A stretch of DNA of 7,083 bases from an archaeon. GTDB lineage: Archaea > Iainarchaeota > Iainarchaeia > Iainarchaeales > CSSED10-239. The position numbers and the translations under genes are program-made. Below are positions 4,748 to 7,083 of the stretch, piece by piece (position 1 is the stretch's first letter; every line of letters starts with the position of its first letter). Location of the stretch: contig JBAWVI010000050.1 in assembly GCA_037147375.1 (NCBI GenBank), forward strand, positions 1 to 7,083, written 5' to 3'. The notes beneath the pieces were generated by a model. It had not been told where the DNA came from. It saw only the letters and a list, made by a program, of their open reading frames with translations, and did not search any database.

Positions 4748-6775
4748 ATGGTTTCAAAGAAAAATAAAGTAAACTTATCAAAATCACAATTAAAAAATAT
4801 TAAGACTAATATTAAAAAAAATAAAATAAGTATAGATAAAATTAAAACAAATATTAAAGATGATAAAGCTAATATTAAAGATGATAAAACACATATTAAA
4901 GAAGATAAAGCAAACATAAAGAAAGATAAGGTTCATATAAAGAAAGATAAAACTAACATAAAGAAAGATAAAATAAACATAAAGAAAGATAAAGCTAGCA
5001 TAAAAAAAGCTAAAGCAAGTATTAAGAAAGATAAAGCAAGCATAAAAAAAGCTAAGGCGAATATAAAAAAAGTAAAACCAATTTTAACAAAAGCACATAT
5101 TATTAAAGAACTTAAAAGACAAGCATCTAAACCTATTTTTAGAAGTAGATATATAATTAAACCAATTACAGTTAAACATATTATTGATGCAAAGCTTAGT
5201 TTAAAGCAAGCATTAACTATTCTTAAGAAAGGAAAAGTTAAAAATAAAGTTTTAAGTAAGATGAAATTTACTATTAAACAATTATTAAATAATGGATATT
5301 CTCCAAGAGACTTAAGAACAGCAGGATATACTGCAAGAGGGCTTAAGAACGCAGGAGTTTCTGTAAGATCTTTAAAGAATGTAGGATATACATTAAAAGA
5401 ATTATTATCTTGTAATAGTATTAAAGTAGTTATATCTTTAGGATATAAATTAAAAGAATTAAAAAGATTAGGATATACAATCAGTAAGCTAAAGAGAGCA
5501 GGCTTAAAGTTAAAAGATTTTAAAAAAATATTTACAATAAGAGAATTAAAAAATGCAGGATATACTTTAAGAGAATTATATAATGCAGGATTTACTATTT
5601 CTCAATTAAGAAAGGGTGGATTTACATTTAAACAATTCCTTGCAAGCAAGTTTACAATTAAACAATTATTTGATTCTGGATTTAGTTTACAAACATTCTA
5701 TGCAAATGGGTATACAATACATAACATAATTAATTCTGGAGTTTCAGTTAAAGATCTTCTTGCATCAGATATTAAAGTATCTGATTTCTATAAAGCAGGA
5801 GTTAAAGCAATTATCTTATACAAAGCAGGAGTTACTTTAAAGGAATTAAGAGAAGGAGGATATGACATCAAAGATTTAATTGATGTTGAATCTTTTTCAA
5901 AAGATAAAGTTACTACAAGAGAATTAAAATATCTTGGTTATTCAGTTCAAGATATATTATCTTTAGGTTATACAATAAATAATTTTAGAGAAGATGGATT
6001 TACAAGTAAAGAATTATCTGATGAAGGAATAACTTGTATTCAATTAAGAGATGGTGGATATAGTCTTTTAGATTTATATAAAGCAGGATGTACAATTTCA
6101 AGCTTATTTGGAATGGGTTATGGGCTTGAAGATTTCAGAGTTGCAGGCTTTTCTGCACTTAATCTTCATTTAGAAGGATATTCTCTTCATGAGCTTAGAA
6201 GAGCAGGTTTTTCTCCAAAAGATTTGATTACAGTTGGATATTCAGCAAAGCAATTTCATTCAGTTGGTTATACTGGAAAGGAATTATATGAAGCTGGTTT
6301 TTCACTTGCAACTCTTTATTTTGCAGGATATGCTGCAAAAGAGTTTAATGGACTTGGAATTCCTGTTAAAGAATTTTATGAAGCAGGGTATTCTGGAAAG
6401 GAAATGTCTCAAGCAGGTTATACACCTGTTGATTTAAGAAATAATTATTCAGTTAGAGAACTTAGAAGAGTTGGATTTTGGTCTTCTTCAATGAGAAAAG
6501 CAAATTATTCAGCAAGTGAGTTATATGATGCTGGTTACACTGTAAGAGAATTACATAACGCAGGTTATCCAGCTCTTGATGTATTTAATCTAGGAGTTGG
6601 AATAAGATTATTAAGAGTAGTTCATTATACAGCAAAAGAGATTAGACCACTTGGGTTTTCAGCAAGAGATTTAAAGAGGGTAGGATATTCTCTTCAAAAT
6701 TTAAAAGAAGCAGGATATAATGAATCAGAGCTTCTTGAAGCTGGATATTCACTTGAAAAAATAAAGGAAATATAA
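4748..6775 (+). CDS. Large repeat protein: Lys-rich heptad array, a degenerate linker, then about 50 decapeptide (double pentapeptide-like) repeats; function unknown
   Basis: A 675-codon uninterrupted ORF in roughly 70% AT DNA, where random frames close quickly. It has a good SD (AGGGGGT) 10 nt upstream of the ATG. Strong amino-acid-level periodicity is kept even where the DNA repeats have diverged, implying selection on the protein. No N-terminal signal peptide or TM segment is evident. Confidence 0.8.
   Translation: MVSKKNKVNLSKSQLKNIKTNIKKNKISIDKIKTNIKDDKANIKDDKTHIKEDKANIKKDKVHIKKDKTNIKKDKINIKKDKASIKKAKASIKKDKASIKKAKANIKKVKPILTKAHIIKELKRQASKPIFRSRYIIKPITVKHIIDAKLSLKQALTILKKGKVKNKVLSKMKFTIKQLLNNGYSPRDLRTAGYTARGLKNAGVSVRSLKNVGYTLKELLSCNSIKVVISLGYKLKELKRLGYTISKLKRAGLKLKDFKKIFTIRELKNAGYTLRELYNAGFTISQLRKGGFTFKQFLASKFTIKQLFDSGFSLQTFYANGYTIHNIINSGVSVKDLLASDIKVSDFYKAGVKAIILYKAGVTLKELREGGYDIKDLIDVESFSKDKVTTRELKYLGYSVQDILSLGYTINNFREDGFTSKELSDEGITCIQLRDGGYSLLDLYKAGCTISSLFGMGYGLEDFRVAGFSALNLHLEGYSLHELRRAGFSPKDLITVGYSAKQFHSVGYTGKELYEAGFSLATLYFAGYAAKEFNGLGIPVKEFYEAGYSGKEMSQAGYTPVDLRNNYSVRELRRVGFWSSSMRKANYSASELYDAGYTVRELHNAGYPALDVFNLGVGIRLLRVVHYTAKEIRPLGFSARDLKRVGYSLQNLKEAGYNESELLEAGYSLEKIKEI
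4811..5083 (+). repeat. 13 tandem 21-bp repeats encoding heptads I-K-K-D-K-x-N/S
   Basis: aa 22-112 read IKKNKIS IDKIKTN IKDDKAN IKDDKTH IKEDKAN IKKDKVH IKKDKTN IKKDKIN IKKDKAS IKKAKAS IKKDKAS IKKAKAN IKKVKPI. The central DNA units are near-identical, for example aagaaagataaaactaacata and aagaaagataaaataaacata. Confidence 0.9.
5267..6772 (+). repeat. About 50 tandem 30-bp (10-aa) coding repeats, consensus [YF]-[ST]-x-x-[ED]-L-x-x-A-G
   Basis: Hand parsing from F174 gives FTIKQLLNNG YSPRDLRTAG YTARGLKNAG VSVRSLKNVG ... YSLQNLKEAG YNESELLEAG YSLEKIKEI. Four units have 9 aa, and there is one 7-aa insertion (SFSKDKV). DNA copies are diverged, but the protein register is maintained to the C-terminus. 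Confidence 0.9.
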
Positions 6776-6818
6776 TTGAATTATTTTAAATTATCCTAAG
6801 TAAATACTTCTTATTTTT

Positions 6819-6846
6819 AAACCTTTTTATCTATAATACATATAAT
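6819..6846 (+). promoter_or_regulatory. Candidate promoter P2: AAACCT-N16-TATAAT
   Basis: AAACCT 6819-6824, a 16-nt spacer, then TATAAT 6841-6846. A second TATAAT lies at 6832-6837. It has the same architecture as 599-627 and 6898-6925. Confidence 0.35.
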
Positions 6847-6868
6847 TAAATGTAATTTAAAACAAAAT

Positions 6869-6897
6869 AACTGACTATAGTAAATAAGTTAGTTTTT
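6869..6897 (+). terminator. Hairpin plus T-run between the two promoter copies; either the repeat-gene terminator or the terminator of a very short P2 transcript
   Basis: aactgact (6869-6876) pairs with agttagtt (6887-6894) as 8 bp including one G-U. The loop is 10 nt, and the stem is followed by ttt (6895-6897), giving a T5 run at 6893-6897. Confidence 0.35.
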
Positions 6898-6925
6898 AAA
6901 CCTTTTTATTCACAATATATATAAT
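6898..6925 (+). promoter_or_regulatory. Candidate promoter P3 for the downstream His-rich ORF: AAACCT-N16-TATAAT
   Basis: AAACCT 6898-6903, a 16-nt spacer, then TATAAT 6920-6925, about 63 nt upstream of ATG 6989. Confidence 0.4.
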
Positions 6926-6988
6926 ATAGTTAAATGTAAACTTAAACAATATAATTAAAATTAAATGATTTGGAAAGGGGTATTATTT

Positions 6989-7083
6989 ATGACGCATGAC
7001 AAAACTGAAAATCATAAAGAACATGAACATCATGAAGAAATTAAATTTAGTAAAGAGAAGGTATGGATGATAACTACAGCTAT
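6989..7083 (+). CDS. 5' end of an ORF with a His/Glu-rich N-terminus (MTHDKTENHKEHEHHEEIKFSKEKVWMITTA...); runs off the window
   Basis: Not in the supplied ORF track because it is too short and truncated. SD-like GGAAAGGGG (6972-6980) lies 8 nt upstream of ATG 6989. An alternative in-frame ATG at 6965 directly follows an in-frame TAA. The ORF is open to the end of the window, and a hydrophobic segment seems to begin at 'VWMITTA'. Confidence 0.5.
   Translation, partial: MTHDKTENHKEHEHHEEIKFSKEKVWMITTA

Larger units (their letters stand above)
6801..6955 (+). repeat. Tandem duplication (about 80-bp period) of a promoter-like intergenic module
   Basis: Copy A (about 6801-6872) and copy B (about 6881-6955) share several blocks. 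These are taaata, tttttaaacctttttat (17/17), (c/t)atataat, ttaaatgtaa (10/10) and ttaaa(a)caa. I estimate roughly 75-80% identity by eye, with small indels. Confidence 0.75.

Noticed and set aside
4729-4917. 62-aa minus-strand ORF (LILALSSLI...-type sequence)
   Set aside because: It is the reverse-complement reading of the Lys-codon-rich 21-bp repeats (AAA/AAG read as TTT/CTT). The apparent hydrophobic peptide is an artefact of the repeat. It also overlaps the SD and start of the 675-aa gene.
6234-6437. 67-aa plus-strand ORF in an alternative frame within the repeat-protein gene
   Set aside because: It is out of frame with a much longer ORF whose 10-aa periodicity runs straight through this region. 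There is no independent support.
4811-6772. Possible CRISPR array, because of the regular 21-bp and 30-bp periodicity
   Set aside because: There are no unique spacers between conserved repeats. The units are contiguous, in frame and translate into coherent peptide repeats within one long ORF. No cas genes are present.
1-7083. Mobile element, prophage or defence-island signatures
   Set aside because: No transposase, integrase or recombinase-like ORF was seen. There are no terminal inverted repeats or tRNA attachment site, and no obvious compositional break. The only repeats are the intragenic coding repeats and the 80-bp promoter duplication.

Overview
The window is very AT-rich (roughly 70% A+T by eye), densely coding prokaryotic DNA, standard genetic code. 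Hairpin plus U-tract terminators, GGGGT-type Shine-Dalgarno sites and a repeated AAACCT-N16/17-TATAAT promoter-like motif suggest a bacterium, probably an uncultivated or host-associated lineage. I cannot assign a taxon. Gene order: 3' end of a Clp/Hsp100 ATPase (+), strong terminator, eukaryotic-type ornithine decarboxylase (+), ZIP metal transporter (+). These converge on a minus-strand pair: a Mesh1/SpoT-like HD hydrolase followed 16 nt later by a complete NOX/ferric-reductase flavocytochrome. Divergent from that pair is a 675-aa repeat protein (+). Last come a tandemly duplicated promoter-like module and the start of a His-rich ORF. The most unusual element is the repeat protein. It has 13 Lys-rich heptads encoded by near-identical 21-bp tandem repeats, then about 50 copies of the decapeptide [YF]-[ST]-x-x-[ED]-L-x-x-A-G. 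I read these as a divergent double pentapeptide repeat that may form a long beta-helical rod. Also notable are the ZIP plus NOX pairing, which resembles plant FRO2/IRT1 reductive iron uptake, and the Mesh1-like hydrolase coupled to the NOX gene. No mobile-element, CRISPR, tRNA or rRNA signatures were seen.
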